A DNA stretch of 64,000 nucleotides, from the NCBI RefSeq assembly GCF_002113885.1, contig NW_018480077.1, positions 2,042,145-2,106,144 on the forward strand. Reading direction: 5' to 3'. This DNA is from Mizuhopecten yessoensis. Taxonomy: Eukaryota. Shown piece after piece: positions 10,632 through 23,000 of the stretch (within the stretch, counting starts at the first letter, position 1; the number at the start of each line of letters is the position of its first letter). The notes below the pieces were generated by a model that did not search any database, was not told where the DNA came from, and saw only the letters and a program-made list of their open reading frames with translations. The translations under genes were made by a program, and so were the position numbers.

Positions 10632-12682
10632 GCCGTCTGGTCCTACTACTGTTTACACTGCTATTTCTGTGTCCGTCTCCATATCCAAAATCGTGAAAGA
10701 AGGAACATCAGCAGCGTTTTCAAATAATCGAATGTTCCTATTCGTCCTAGAAGAATGGCCATTCTGAAGTGTAGAATAGACGTTTGGGTGACTGGGGAAC
10801 ACGCCCGGTGTCCCTTATCGGACGTTTCTTACTACACCAGTACATACCCTGCCCGACTGGAATCATTGAACGTCACAGTATAGGAAGGGACTTAACACAG
10901 GGCCAATAAGACGAGCACCGACTCTTTCCGAACGTTTTACACAGAACCATCTATAAGACCCTTAATTCTTATGTGTGAATAACAAATATCGGTTTCGTAC
11001 ATTTTAAGAGAATCCACAAATATACGTACGAAGTGTTTCTCTTAATAGTTTTGTATCGATTTCACATAGTTGTAAAATGGTGATGATACTATTACTCTCG
11101 TCATATTGTGTCAGAAGACTCGTATATTTCTATCTCCACCAATCACATTACCAGGTAAGTGATATCAAGGTTATGTGACATTGTACACTGGAGAATTGAA
11201 ATATCGCTTGCTTAATTAGTCATATGAGTCAAATTGCATCTAACTTCATTGCCTAAATGACATTTTGATGATTATTTTTAAATTCATTTTTTTTACAGTA
11301 CATAAGTATGACTATTTTGTTATTGATCCTGTGGTGTTACTTTTGAATCACGGGTATCATTGTGAACATTTAGTTTTTTTGTTTTTAATTAACATTATGA
11401 ACATATCATGGCTTTTTTATAGTCAGCTATATGTGTCGTTAAAACAGGGTACCTGATGTAACCCAGTCCAGGGTCCAGATGATTAAAGCTGACAAGCTTA
11501 ACGATAAATTAAAGCAGTGTTCTTTTTATACCAGTATATCTTCAATAATGGGAAGTTCAAAACTCAACGTTTATGTATACGGATTTAAAATGATCATATA
11601 ATGACAATAAAGACAAAAAAAAATGTCATTTTTTCAGATTCCTCAAAAATCATATTTTGAAAATGTGATTTAGGCTAATCGAACTTTGAAACATCGCGCA
11701 GTCTCTTGTATTTCAAACTCTTCTCTGCAGTATCGGTAAAAATAACTATCAAAAATGGGTTATGGAACACTGAGTCAAAAGGACTAACAAGATCGTGTTA
11801 TCATGAATAAACTTCAGTTGATTTTTTAAAAGTGGAGTGAAATGTCGAAAGTAAATCAGTCAAAGATACGATGAAGAGTCCAAACAAATGGTTTGCAATA
11901 TCAAAGGTTTGCATATTTCTTAAATCTTCCTTGTTACTGCATAGACACTAGTTCGTATTCCATTCTGTCAATGATGCAGATTTTGGATAATTACAATGCA
12001 TTATAATTAAAATCTTATTCTATCTTACTGCAATACTCTGTGTAGTAGCATGACTTAGTGTCGAATTTTAATTAAATTGTCTATACTGCAGTAGTGAGTG
12101 TAAAATGTATCTAACGTTTTTATGATTTAAACGTTGCTGGTGTTTAATCATTAAGACGTCACGTTGGTGGTGTTAAATGCTTTAGATGTTGTTGGTGTTT
12201 AATTATATAGACGGTATATGTGTTTAATGATTTGGACGTTGTTCGTGTTTCCTACGGTGGTCCTAATACACGTGTGTGACCAGTCGGGATTAATCTAATC
12301 CTGTCTACAATCATATAACTGACAAATTTATAAATAGGCTTTGTAGTTAAATGTTTTATTTAACCTTATAAACGACTGATCCCAACCACGTGTAAACAAT
12401 ACAATCATCAACATTTATTTGTCCTTCATTAAATATCTACATGGGGGATTGCTGGACTCTGTTTGCACAGAATATACTCGCATACTGTAGTATACTGGTG
12501 TTGCATTTAATTGTTAGTATGCATGAACGAAGGTCGACCATGATTTAAAAACAAGCCTCCTTCAATACAAAACATGTGGTTAATTTGATATTTGTCCCTG
12601 CGAAATAAATCCTATTAAATTTATCCCTGCTAGATGGTCCTGCTTTAACCACTATACATGTATTTTGGACAAGATGTAGGCC

Positions 12683-12870
12683 TTAGTTTCACAAACCCTT
12701 CTTAGCTTAAGGAAGTCTCTTCAATGAAGATTGTTTCCATAGGAAAGCATCACTGGCGTACAGAAAATATTAATTTAATTTTAATTTTCCCGTAACTGTA
12801 ATAAATGCTTTCCTATGGGTAAAATTAGTTTAAGGGATTTCCCTAAGATAAGGAACGTTTGTGTAACTTA
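12683..12870. mobile_element. MITE with imperfect TIRs
   Basis: TTAGTTTCACAAAC.CTTCTTA.CTTAAGGAA..TC..TT versus AAGGGATTTCCCTAAGATAAGGAACGTTTGTGTAACTTAA; internal TTTCCATAGGAAAGCAT / ATGCTTTCCTATGG inversion. Confidence 0.55.
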
Positions 12871-13090
12871 AGCAGAACTTTTAAATATACTAGCTGTTCA
12901 AGAGGAAACTCATCAACATAATACAGAAATCAGAACATTAACAGGATAATATTTGCTGTATTTATTTCAGTTTCAAACATTGGTGGAAGCAAATGTTCAA
13001 TGACGTCCTATTAAATACAAATACAAATGTTTTATCGACACAGTACGTGAGAAGGGTCCGTCTCTGAGCTAACCTGGACAGAGGTTCAGA

Positions 13091-14272
13091 CTACTGTATT
13101 CTACATCCCTGATTGCGTTGTGACTGTCCACCATTGTCGTGCTTGACCCTCACTGACCCGACAGGAGGAGGGTTCCTTAAAAAGTTACTGAAGACCGTGT
13201 GCGCCACAAACTCTGCTTCTGACGGCGTATTGGTGTGGGAGGATGAAGAAATGGCTGCATCATAGTCGCCTGCTTGTTTTTCCATTCTAGATAGCCAATT
13301 TAACAAATCTGGTCCAGAATTAGAATTCACTACATTTTCAAACGTTAGCTTCGTTTCCTGTATGCTGTCAAAAAGGCGAGAGAGTTGAGCATTTTCGGTC
13401 ATCAACCCTCTACCTGCCTCTCTTGTTTGTTGTCGAAGTTCTTCCACACTTTCCAAACACGTCTGAGCGAATCTACTTAAACTATTTTCTATCTCGTCCA
13501 GTTTTTCCATAGCTCTGGTTCTACTAGCATCAAGCATGCCATCAGCCGGAGTGTCCCCTCGGCTCAGTTGCTCCATCCTCGACATTTGCCCGCGAAGCCT
13601 CCTCCTTAATGCCTCCATGCGTGGTCTCAGTCTCCCGGCAGCGTCTTCAATAGCAATGCACTCACATCTTTGACCTCTGTGGCCCCTGACCGCACAATAC
13701 GCGCAAACAAGAGCGTTACAGCCAAGGCAGAAAAATTCAAGGTCTCTGCCCGGGTGTTCCACACACGTTAGGCCTTCAGACATATGGATTTGGCCGAGAG
13801 ATGGTACTGCATGGCCTTCGTGGAAAGGGTTATCGGAAGCGTTTGAATGAAATGGTCTGTCGTTCGAAACGTTCGAATGAAATGGTCTATCGTTTGAAAC
13901 GTTAGAACGAGATGACCTGTCATTACCTGCAGCTCGTCCACTTTTTTGTATTGAAACTGACGTGTTATTTCCTTGCCCCCCTTCATGTTGCAGAACAGTT
14001 GTCAGTAAACTCGATAAGAACGTGTCGGTAGGAAAAAGACCTGCCCAATCCTTGGGCGCACGGTTTGCCGGTCGCGGTACCATGTTCCTATCGATGGGAC
14101 AGGTGAAATGGCGTGAGTTTCGGTCAATAACCGTCTGCTGTATGTGTCCGGACAGACACTCCCTACAGAATGTATGTCCACACGGCAGTAGACGTGGGTC
14201 GTCATACCGACCCAGACAGATGCTGCACATGAGGTAGTCATTCTCCACGTTCTGGATCACGCGCTGTGCCAT
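13091..14272 (-). CDS. Intronless TRIM-like paralogue (RING, B-box, coiled coil; no NHL domain), 393 aa, ends in CaaX-like CRIQ
   Basis: ATG at 14272 (MAQRVIQNVENDYLMCSIC) aligns with MAQRVITGVENDYLMCSIC of the 8478-10631 gene. Collinear similarity continues to FLRNPPPVGS, followed by a short tail ..QRNQGCRIQ*. The ORF-track start at 14287 is a GTG. Confidence 0.88.
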   Translation of the reverse strand: MAQRVIQNVENDYLMCSICLGRYDDPRLLPCGHTFCRECLSGHIQQTVIDRNSRHFTCPIDRNMVPRPANRAPKDWAGLFPTDTFLSSLLTTVLQHEGGQGNNTSVSIQKSGRAAGNDRSSRSNVSNDRPFHSNVSNDRPFHSNASDNPFHEGHAVPSLGQIHMSEGLTCVEHPGRDLEFFCLGCNALVCAYCAVRGHRGQRCECIAIEDAAGRLRPRMEALRRRLRGQMSRMEQLSRGDTPADGMLDASRTRAMEKLDEIENSLSRFAQTCLESVEELRQQTREAGRGLMTENAQLSRLFDSIQETKLTFENVVNSNSGPDLLNWLSRMEKQAGDYDAAISSSSHTNTPSEAEFVAHTVFSNFLRNPPPVGSVRVKHDNGGQSQRNQGCRIQ

Positions 14273-14566
14273 GACGTCAAATCTCACATACCTGGCACCA
14301 AATTATAGGGTTCAACATACAAGACCAAATGTGTCCACACTCACATTAGCTGATACATCCATGGATATTGTCTTGATAGGGGAAAATGTCGTTCACAATA
14401 ACAAACCGACGTTTCGAGGTCCGTTTGACACACGCGCCTGTCGTACCCTGCAGATTAATACGGTGTGGTACTGGTGCATTACTTATCACGGCGATCAGGT
14501 GTTTCGGGGTGATTTTGGTCCTGGTATCTGTTCCGGGTCAGTTGTCCAAACAGCAATACCACCGCC

Positions 14567-14574
14567 TTTATATA
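14567..14574 (-). promoter_or_regulatory. Candidate TATA box of the short TRIM gene
   Basis: TATATAAA on the minus strand in a GC-richer context, about 300 bp upstream of the ATG. Confidence 0.4.
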
Positions 14575-14794
14575 AGCTAGGCTAAGACGCGTACTGGGCG
14601 GCAGTGTATGTGTATATACTGTATACCAGTAAAGGTGGCTGATAAAGCAGAAATATGTGTATTGATTTACAATATACCCCAAACTACAGCCGAGTCTTAT
14701 CAATATTTCTCAAAATTATCTCCCTTATGTAAACACACGGGTTCACCACACTAACATAAGAATTAAATATTTCCCCGAGTCTGTAAAACTGTGT

Positions 14795-15350
14795 ACTGAC
14801 TTTACCAAGCCTGTTCTTGATGTCCTAGTTACAAACCCCATATTTTGTCATCAATTCCGTCTACATACATGAAAGAGTCCATATCTTCTATGGCCCTTCA
14901 TCCAGCTTAATCCTTGCTACTTTTTTAGACAATTTGTTTTGGTTTGTAGATCTTGATAATAGTGCTAAATTATCTTCACATTCCAAATCGTCTAGTTTTG
15001 TTGTGAAGTTCCATCATATTCCGGTTGGTTTCCCGCTCATTGTATTCTTACTTATCCTGTAGATGGTAATTAGAATATAGGACATAACACATCCTTACTT
15101 TGAAACATTCCGATCACTCTGTGTTCTCATAAAGAGTTTCACCAAGCGTGTGAGCTTGTCTGACATACGATGTCATAATCTTCCAAATGATGTCTCTATG
15201 TAGAGAGTCAAATGCCTTCTCGAATTCAACAAAGTTGATTAGTAAAGATGAATTCCATTCCGGATTCTGTTCAATGGTGTTAGAAATGTGCGAACAGTTG
15301 CTCTGACGTGATTTTGCCTCTAAGAAACCCAGCTTGTTTCCCGCTCAGTA
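14795..15350 (-). mobile_element. Degenerate RTE-clade LINE reverse transcriptase relic
   Basis: Minus-strand fragments KQAGF, INFVEFEKAFDSLHRDIIWK, WNFTTKLDDLECEDNLALL (FADD decayed) and DIKNRLGK, with stops and deletions. Confidence 0.75.
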
Positions 15351-17042
15351 ATTCGTCGCCTCAGTCAATTACTCTTTCGATAGTCACTTTTCCCAAGATT
15401 TTTCTTTGCACTGCAGTTGGTGTCGCATACAAAGAAAGCTCATTTTTCGGGTATTTGAACTTTTAGCTTTTCATTCTATCAGGACCAGACAAAATATACC
15501 CAAAAGCATTAAAGGAACTTGGCAATGTTTTGTGTAAACACTTGTAAAATAGTTTTAGGAAATCTTTGGAGGTTGGAAAACCGGCACAACCACGGAACAA
15601 TGCAAACATTACTGCCATAAATATGAACTGGTAATTACCGCCATGTGAACCTAAAAAATATAATTGTAAAAACGATGGGTAACCTCATCCGGAATGCAAG
15701 TATGCAACTCTTGTGAATTAACAATATATTTAACAACAACTAGTTTGAAAGAATTACAACGTTAGCATTTCATATGTCAAAAGTTTTAGATAATGGGCGT
15801 TTTTTTGCGAGAAGAGAATTATATGTTGTTTATATTTACTTCGTGAAGTCATTTGATAAGGTATGTGCACCTCATCATAAAATACGGGATAAAACATTTC
15901 ACCAGTAAATAACAGGCAACATAAAGTAGTTGTCAATGGATCATCATTCAGATTTCACGAGCTACTTATTTATTACATTAATTAATCATACCACAGACCA
16001 ATATATTGCATACATAAATACTGTCTACACTGTCGTTAATACTTCTTTCCAGTGCCAATATTGGATCATGCTGTCGTTCTAACTTTTTTGTTTTATTATT
16101 TTTCTCTGTTACGTGTTGTGATATGTAAATTTTCATATTCCTGTCTTGATAAGGGCGGATCACCCTGAAAATGTCTTTGTCTACCTGTCGTTATTACTTC
16201 TTTGCCCATACTTACTGTAAAGTCCAGCCATTATCCATTACGACAGTAATAAGATCTGTGTGAGAAAGGCCTGCATTTTAATTAACTGCACTAGTACTCG
16301 TGTCAATGCCTATCAGCCAAGGCGGCCCTGATCATGGATATTACACAGGTGTATACTGACCATGTACTCTGTAACTGAATCATAAACCACCATAGCCATG
16401 TAGCAATAAACATGTAGTTGTAAATACTATATATACGGTCTGTCATTATTTTGATTACGGCCACAACGTAACACTACTGTATATATTATTGAGAACACAG
16501 AATGATAAATTATATGCTGATCGGAAACCGAGATGATAGATTCATTCTACAATCAGATTTAGATAAACTTTCAAAATGATCAAATAACTGATTATGAAAT
16601 TTCTAGGCCTATAACTGTGTTCCATATTTAGATAAAAGCTTCATCAGAATGGTGAAAAGTTACGCTTGAGAAAAATTATCATTGAAGAAGTTTAAAGAGT
16701 AATTGTCGAGAAGCCATACTTCAGAACACAGATTCAAACTTCTATTAACAAAACATATTCGGTCCGTGATATAACATAGATGCATACATTTATTCTGACA
16801 AAATTAGGATTTTACAATCCTTTGACAGTCAGCTCTGAAATAAAAAACAACTAATAAAAACATATTTCAAAAGTTCAAGGGGATAAGAAAAAAATGAACA
16901 TTTTGACATGGTCATGTTATTCCATTATTATCAAAATCACGATTTGTCACAATAATGGTCTCTAACACCAAATTATACAAGAGCAACGTTTTACCAGTGC
17001 AAGTCAATACCCACGTGCGTTTGTTGTGATGTACTTTAGTCA

Positions 17043-17055
17043 TGACCTCTGACCT
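17043..17055. promoter_or_regulatory. Perfect DR1 nuclear-receptor element upstream of LONP2
   Basis: TGACCTCTGACCT (AGGTCA-G-AGGTCA on the minus strand) ending about 30 bp before the ATG; E-box CACGTG at 17012-17017. Confidence 0.4.
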
Positions 17056-17083
17056 CTCAACTTATCTGGGTCATTCAAACAAA

Positions 17084-20000
17084 ATGGCGTCGGCCATAAC
17101 AATCCCTCGTCGTCTTCCTTTGCTTCTTGTGGCTGACAATGTCCTCCTTCCCGGGTCATCCATGCGTATTCCAGTCAAGAGTATGCGGAAGTAAGCATTT
17201 ATTTGACCTATCCTTTATAAGTTCGTAAATGGAGTCCGTTGTGTTAGTTTGCAGTATGTTTACGAACTAGTTATCAAGGATCGCGACCTGACAGCAAAGC
17301 CAAATGCTGATAAGCTTATATAACAATATATATGGACGGATGCAGGGTTATCGCTGAAGTCTCATTCAGTTTAGAAATTTAATACGCTACCCTATCTATG
17401 ATAAGTTTTGTATCCTTAAGTTGTTGCTTTTTCAGTGTCTGTACTGAATGGCCAGGATATTTCTGGAAGACCAACAGAAATAATCTGTACTCGGTTGCAC
17501 AGTCCTAGATCTTGACACTAACGTAAATCACTTCAGAGATAGATCTGTTCTTATTGTGTGTGACACAACCATGCAATATTATAACTCTCCGAGACTGTGT
17601 TGTATAAATGCGAGATATCCCATTGGAAGCTATCCATTTGTACTTTCACTTTCCTAGTATATGTAGGCCGATTAGAAATGTTGGATTACACTTTTATTGT
17701 TGAAAATTGCTGTAGCGTTAATTGTGGTTGAGTGACCAGTTTAAGAGCCTCTAGATGGAAATTGCCAAATAAGTGGGTCGGAGAGAAAAAAAAAAAGCAA
17801 TCTACTTCCCGTTGTTAAATACGAACAAGGTTAAGTCCTTATAAGATTACTTTGACTGACAGTTAGCAACCTCCTCCCCCCTGTAGATAGGGCATAAGAA
17901 TTTTACCAGCTGCCCCCATTGCATGATCGGGAGAGGCGACTAAATTTGGGATCTTGTCTTTTCTCTTCTTTCTAAACAACTTTCTTCTTCCTTAATAATG
18001 CCTCACTTTTGGCCTTTCGTTGAGCGTTCGCCCCTGTGAGGTCGGATTTGGGTTCTGTCCTCTCTCTGAGACACTATTACCAGAGTCTGTAAAAATGGTA
18101 GTTTCTTCTCCTGCTTAATGCTCAGCAATTTAGGAGTGGGAGTGGGACGCCCGTTGTCAGTATAATGGGTGGGGTGTCCTGCTGGGTGTCTTCTGCAGTA
18201 TTTTTCAATGAGGTAGCACTATAAAGTCGGCATCAGTTCCGTACTATCACAAGGAGACAAACACGAACATATTGCAGCCTCCCAAAACACACACCGTGCA
18301 TCTTGCACACAGGGGAGGCCGTCCTTAAATGACCATAGCTGTTGATAGGACGTTAAACAAAACTAAACCAAACCTTCTCCTCCTTCTCCTCCCTGACCCG
18401 AATGGGGTGTCATTCTCAGCAGAGTGTTGATACTCCAGCGCCTATAGGACTAACAGCTAAAATATTTACAATTAAAATTTTCAAAAATATTTTAAAACAC
18501 AGAAATGTCCCACCAAATTGTTTATAAATTATGATAAACCATATTATCATCAGAGGTCTATTTTCTGGATCAGGTCCAGCTTCAGACTGCTTCACTGCAT
18601 GGATACCTCAAGATTTGTTGATGTCATCAGTTTTTTTTGTAGTGAATACAAACACAAAACATTCAAAAAAAGTTGCAAATACATTCAGTGTCTGAATGTC
18701 ATGATGACATTTGAAGTCTAATCATCTACTTATAAAGGCTTTAGTGCATTCGATTCCTGTCTGACTTTGGAACTGGATCAAGGCAATTCATTTCAATAAT
18801 TAAACTTGATAAGACTCTTCATCACTTGATTACACTTCATTCCACCATACTACTAGTCAGATAGTATGAGCAAAAGTCTAGGTTTTTCAGAAGAAGTCAT
18901 TTAAATATTTTATTACATTTGACACCTGTGGTCAAGGTAAATCAGTTGGAAAAAAATATTGATAGCCCTCCAATCAAGGATGATATTAGCCAAATGTCAA
19001 GATTTCAGGCCTCTGGGTTTCTATGAAGTATTTTAACAGAGCAAGTTTGACAATTCTAATCAGGTATATAGTTTCAGTCACCTTTCAAGCAGCCAATATT
19101 TCTTCTTTTTTTTTTTTTTCATGAAAGGATGTAACATAACTGGATTGAATTCCAATTTAAACTACATAGACCAAGGACTTTCAATTGACCCTTAACTTTT
19201 AGCAACTAAAAGAAGTGAAAAACCTTTTGTCTGAAATTTTTTAAACCTTTCACCCCTATGTAACTTAAGTAGACTACCATGCATTTATCTGGATGAGTCC
19301 AATATGGTCTACGGTGGTGAAAGGGTTAAGGGTCAAAACACATGTCAGATAGACATGCCCTTTCAAAGTCCAGTGTCAAAACTTGTTTCGGGGAGTCAGA
19401 AACATTCTGTCAGCCTCTCACGCATGTAATGAAAGCTGGGAGAGAAAACAGACACAAAGCATAGCTTTAAAATTGCTTCTGTTTTCCACTGACTGTGTGA
19501 CATGGTTCTCCTAACAGAGGTGAATAATGACTTTTTAATTCATACTCGATAAAAAAAACTGTCTTTTTCATCACTTTTAATGCTAACAGTGAAGTTTGTT
19601 CCAGTATTATGGGTAAATTTAGTGTAAAAACTAATGATACATATTTTTTTCTCTCAATAATAATCAATTCAGCAGGTTTTGAGGTTTGGTTTTTCAACAA
19701 ATGTTGCATATATATATTTTAAATTAATGTACAGAATTGTAACAAACTTAGTTTTATCGATTGACTCCACATTGAACACTTTTCTTAATCTTTGCAGCAT
19801 GAACATGGTGAAAGGGCGCCTGTTGAGCAGAAACACTCTAAGTAGTACAATCATAGGTGTCATACCGAGAGATCCTTCTGATGAACAGGTAAGGCAACAT
19901 GCTTTATTAACTCGTTCACCCCTAAAGACACATTTGAACTCTTCCAATTTCAAGGTGGGAATAGTTCATTACGAATTTCAGGGGTGAATGAGTTAATGAA

Positions 20001-23000
20001 TATTTTATTACTGTTAGTTGTGATTGAGTTAATGAATATTTTATTACTGTTAGTTTTAAAACATTTTTTTGTGTCACATTGACAGTTTTATTTATAAAAC
20101 TGCTCAAAGGAATCATCTACCTTTCTATTCCCTAGAAAAAGTTTCTTCAGCACATCATAGTCTTTTGAAAATGAGATGTTTGTATTGTCTCAGTTTAGTT
20201 TTTAACGAATTGAATATCTGTGTACTGTGACACTTATCTTATCTGACTCTTGGGCATTCAAACATCCTTTCTGATCAAACATAATGTTGTAATTTCATTT
20301 CTAATGAAAAATAGGAAGTAAAACCTGTCTAATCTGACCCCTGAATATTTTAACATCCTGTCTAATGCAACATGATATTGTTATTCCATAATGGGTCATT
20401 TCTTGTGAAAATTACCATTATGTATTCTGACATTCTGTATAATCTGACAAATATGGTGTGTACATTGGGGTGTCAGATTAGACAGGTCTCACTGTAGTTT
20501 ACATGTGTATTATAAATATAATGACATTTAACTTGTAAACACATTGTTGTTAGGGAGACGATCTGTCCTCCATCCATCACATCGGTACCGCTGCAGTGGT
20601 TGTTCAGGTCACGGGCACCAATTGGCCAAAGCCAGCTTACACCCTGCTGGTCACCGGGCTGTGTCGCTTCAAACTCCAGGAACTTCTGCAGGAGGCTCCG
20701 TATCCGGTGGCAACAGTCAATCAACTTGACAAACTCCCTGGGCTCATTGGTAGGTCATGCCTAATATCAGTAAAGAAATACATAGCCTAAAAGCCTTGTT
20801 ATAATTTACAGAAAGATAACTGTTGAAAGGTTGTAAGTAAGGAAAGATATAAATAGTTCAATTTGTTTGTTTATTTACAAATATGAATTACATTAAAGGT
20901 ATTCAGAAACAATTTAATATATCTCCATATATGGAAATAGATATGACAGTCATAGGAATACTTTATAATAAAATGTATCAAAATGGGCAAATGTGTCTTA
21001 AACCAGGAGCTATAAAATTGCTTTTTAGATGATAATATAAACATGAAGAACATGGGAGAGCTAGATGTGTTGGCCGAGAATTTCCGGGAGCAGGCAAGCA
21101 AGCTTGTAGACATGCTTGACATCTCTATCCCTGTTGTGGCTAAGCTCAAGGTGATTACAAACATCATTCCGTTTCTGAAATAGTGAACATTATGAAACTT
21201 AAAACTTTTCTTTTTAATGAAGAAGTTGTATAGAATGTAAATAGAATATTTGTTTTGCCATTCAGTGATATCAAAATTATAATTACGGTACCAACTCTCC
21301 TGAATGTGAATAGTTGGAGTCAAACCTGGTTATAACATATGTGATTGCAATACTAAACCTGGATCATATTGAGTAATAATCTTGGTCATAAAACGTATGA
21401 TTGCAATACAGCTGTATTGAACCTTGTCATTAGATGTATAATTACAAAACTTGATTTAAAGTGCAAGTTGTTTCTCAGTTTTACTGCCCCATTAGAGGAT
21501 GCTAATTACATGAATCTTTTATGCTTAGCTTTGGTTTATATTTACAACAGAAAATGCTGGAGAAGTTACCAGACCAACACCTCCCTGACATTTGTGCAGC
21601 CATTGTCAAGGCCTCATACTCTGAGAAGATTCAGGTTTTGGATGCTATTGACTTGACTGAAAGGTTCAAGAAAGCACTGCCTCTGCTCATGAGGCAAATT
21701 GAGGTAGACACTGAGTTCTTCAGTTTAATACTAAGCACAGAAGCCTAATTCATTATTTTTCATTGTGATGGTAGTTCAAAAATGTTTGTATATTAATGTA
21801 ATTCTTTCCATTTTGATTTTGTTAATTTTAATTTCACCTGATATTAAGTTCCAAGAAACACATAATGTTTGAACACAATAAAACAAGATTGTTTCTGGAA
21901 TGTTTCACCCAGGGTTTAAAACTTCTACAAAAAACAAGGAAAGACAAATTTGAAATCATCACGAAAAAAGAGGGCAGTAATCGTCCTGGTAACATGAAGC
22001 GTATGTTTGGGAAGATCAGTTCCGATCTAGAGGAGGATGAGGATGGCGATATTGACGAGTTGATGGACCTTGAACAGAAGATCAAGTAAGAGAAACAGAA
22101 TCTTATACACCTTGTTTCCACATACAAATAGGTATTTTCACTATTTTCGTTGGTGACATGACATCAGACAATTGTTTTAACTGGGGAATCCCCTCATCTA
22201 AACCATAGGGTGATTTAAGATAGTTCACACCAGAAATGTGTGGTTACACCTCTCCAGCGTAACAGCATAATTGCCAACCTTTTTAAAATTTCTGTGAGGG
22301 AGATTCTGCATGCTCAAAATGAAAACCTAAACAAAATGTGTGTACATACCCCCTAGAGACCAAATAACCCTTTAAATGACATATCTAGAGTTCTTCCAGA
22401 TTAAATAATTTGATCTTAGAAATAAAGAATAGTTAACATATTAACTGATTGAAAATGCTTAATTTAAGGTCCAAAATAGGGATTCTCCCACCTGAATAGG
22501 CAGAGATGGCAAGTATAAAGTAATCACACCAGGGTAAATTAAATATAATTCAAAAAAAAAAATTTTTTGTGCAAATTAAATTTTAGTTTTGAATTTCAAT
22601 ACTAGATTAAGCTTTTTCGATGTTTAACTTTTTATTTGATAACCAGGGCTGCTGATATGCCAGAGCATGCCTTAAAGGCAGCGATGAAGGAGTTTAAAAG
22701 AATGAAGAAAATGCCTCAACAGATGCCAGAGCATGCAATGATCAGGTGACGATTCTCAATTACACCAAGTCAGTTACACCTATAATAATCAGTCACACTA
22801 AGTCAATTAAGCTAGGTACACCAAGTCCATTAAACAAGACGGTTACACCAAGTTAATTACACTAAGTCAGCTTCACAAAGTAACGTACACCAAGTCAATA
22901 CACCAACTCAATTACAAGTCAGTTACACCAAGTTAATTACACGAAGTCAGCTACACAACGTAACGTACACCAAGGCAATACAACAACTCAATTCCAAGTC

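Noticed and set aside
8596-10727. Antisense and alternate-frame ORFs over the long TRIM gene (similarly 13768-14703)
   Set aside because: Expected shadows of GC-richer coding sequence; no motifs
14273-14287. N-terminal extension MRFDV of the short TRIM
   Set aside because: Starts at GTG; paralogue alignment places the start at ATG 14272
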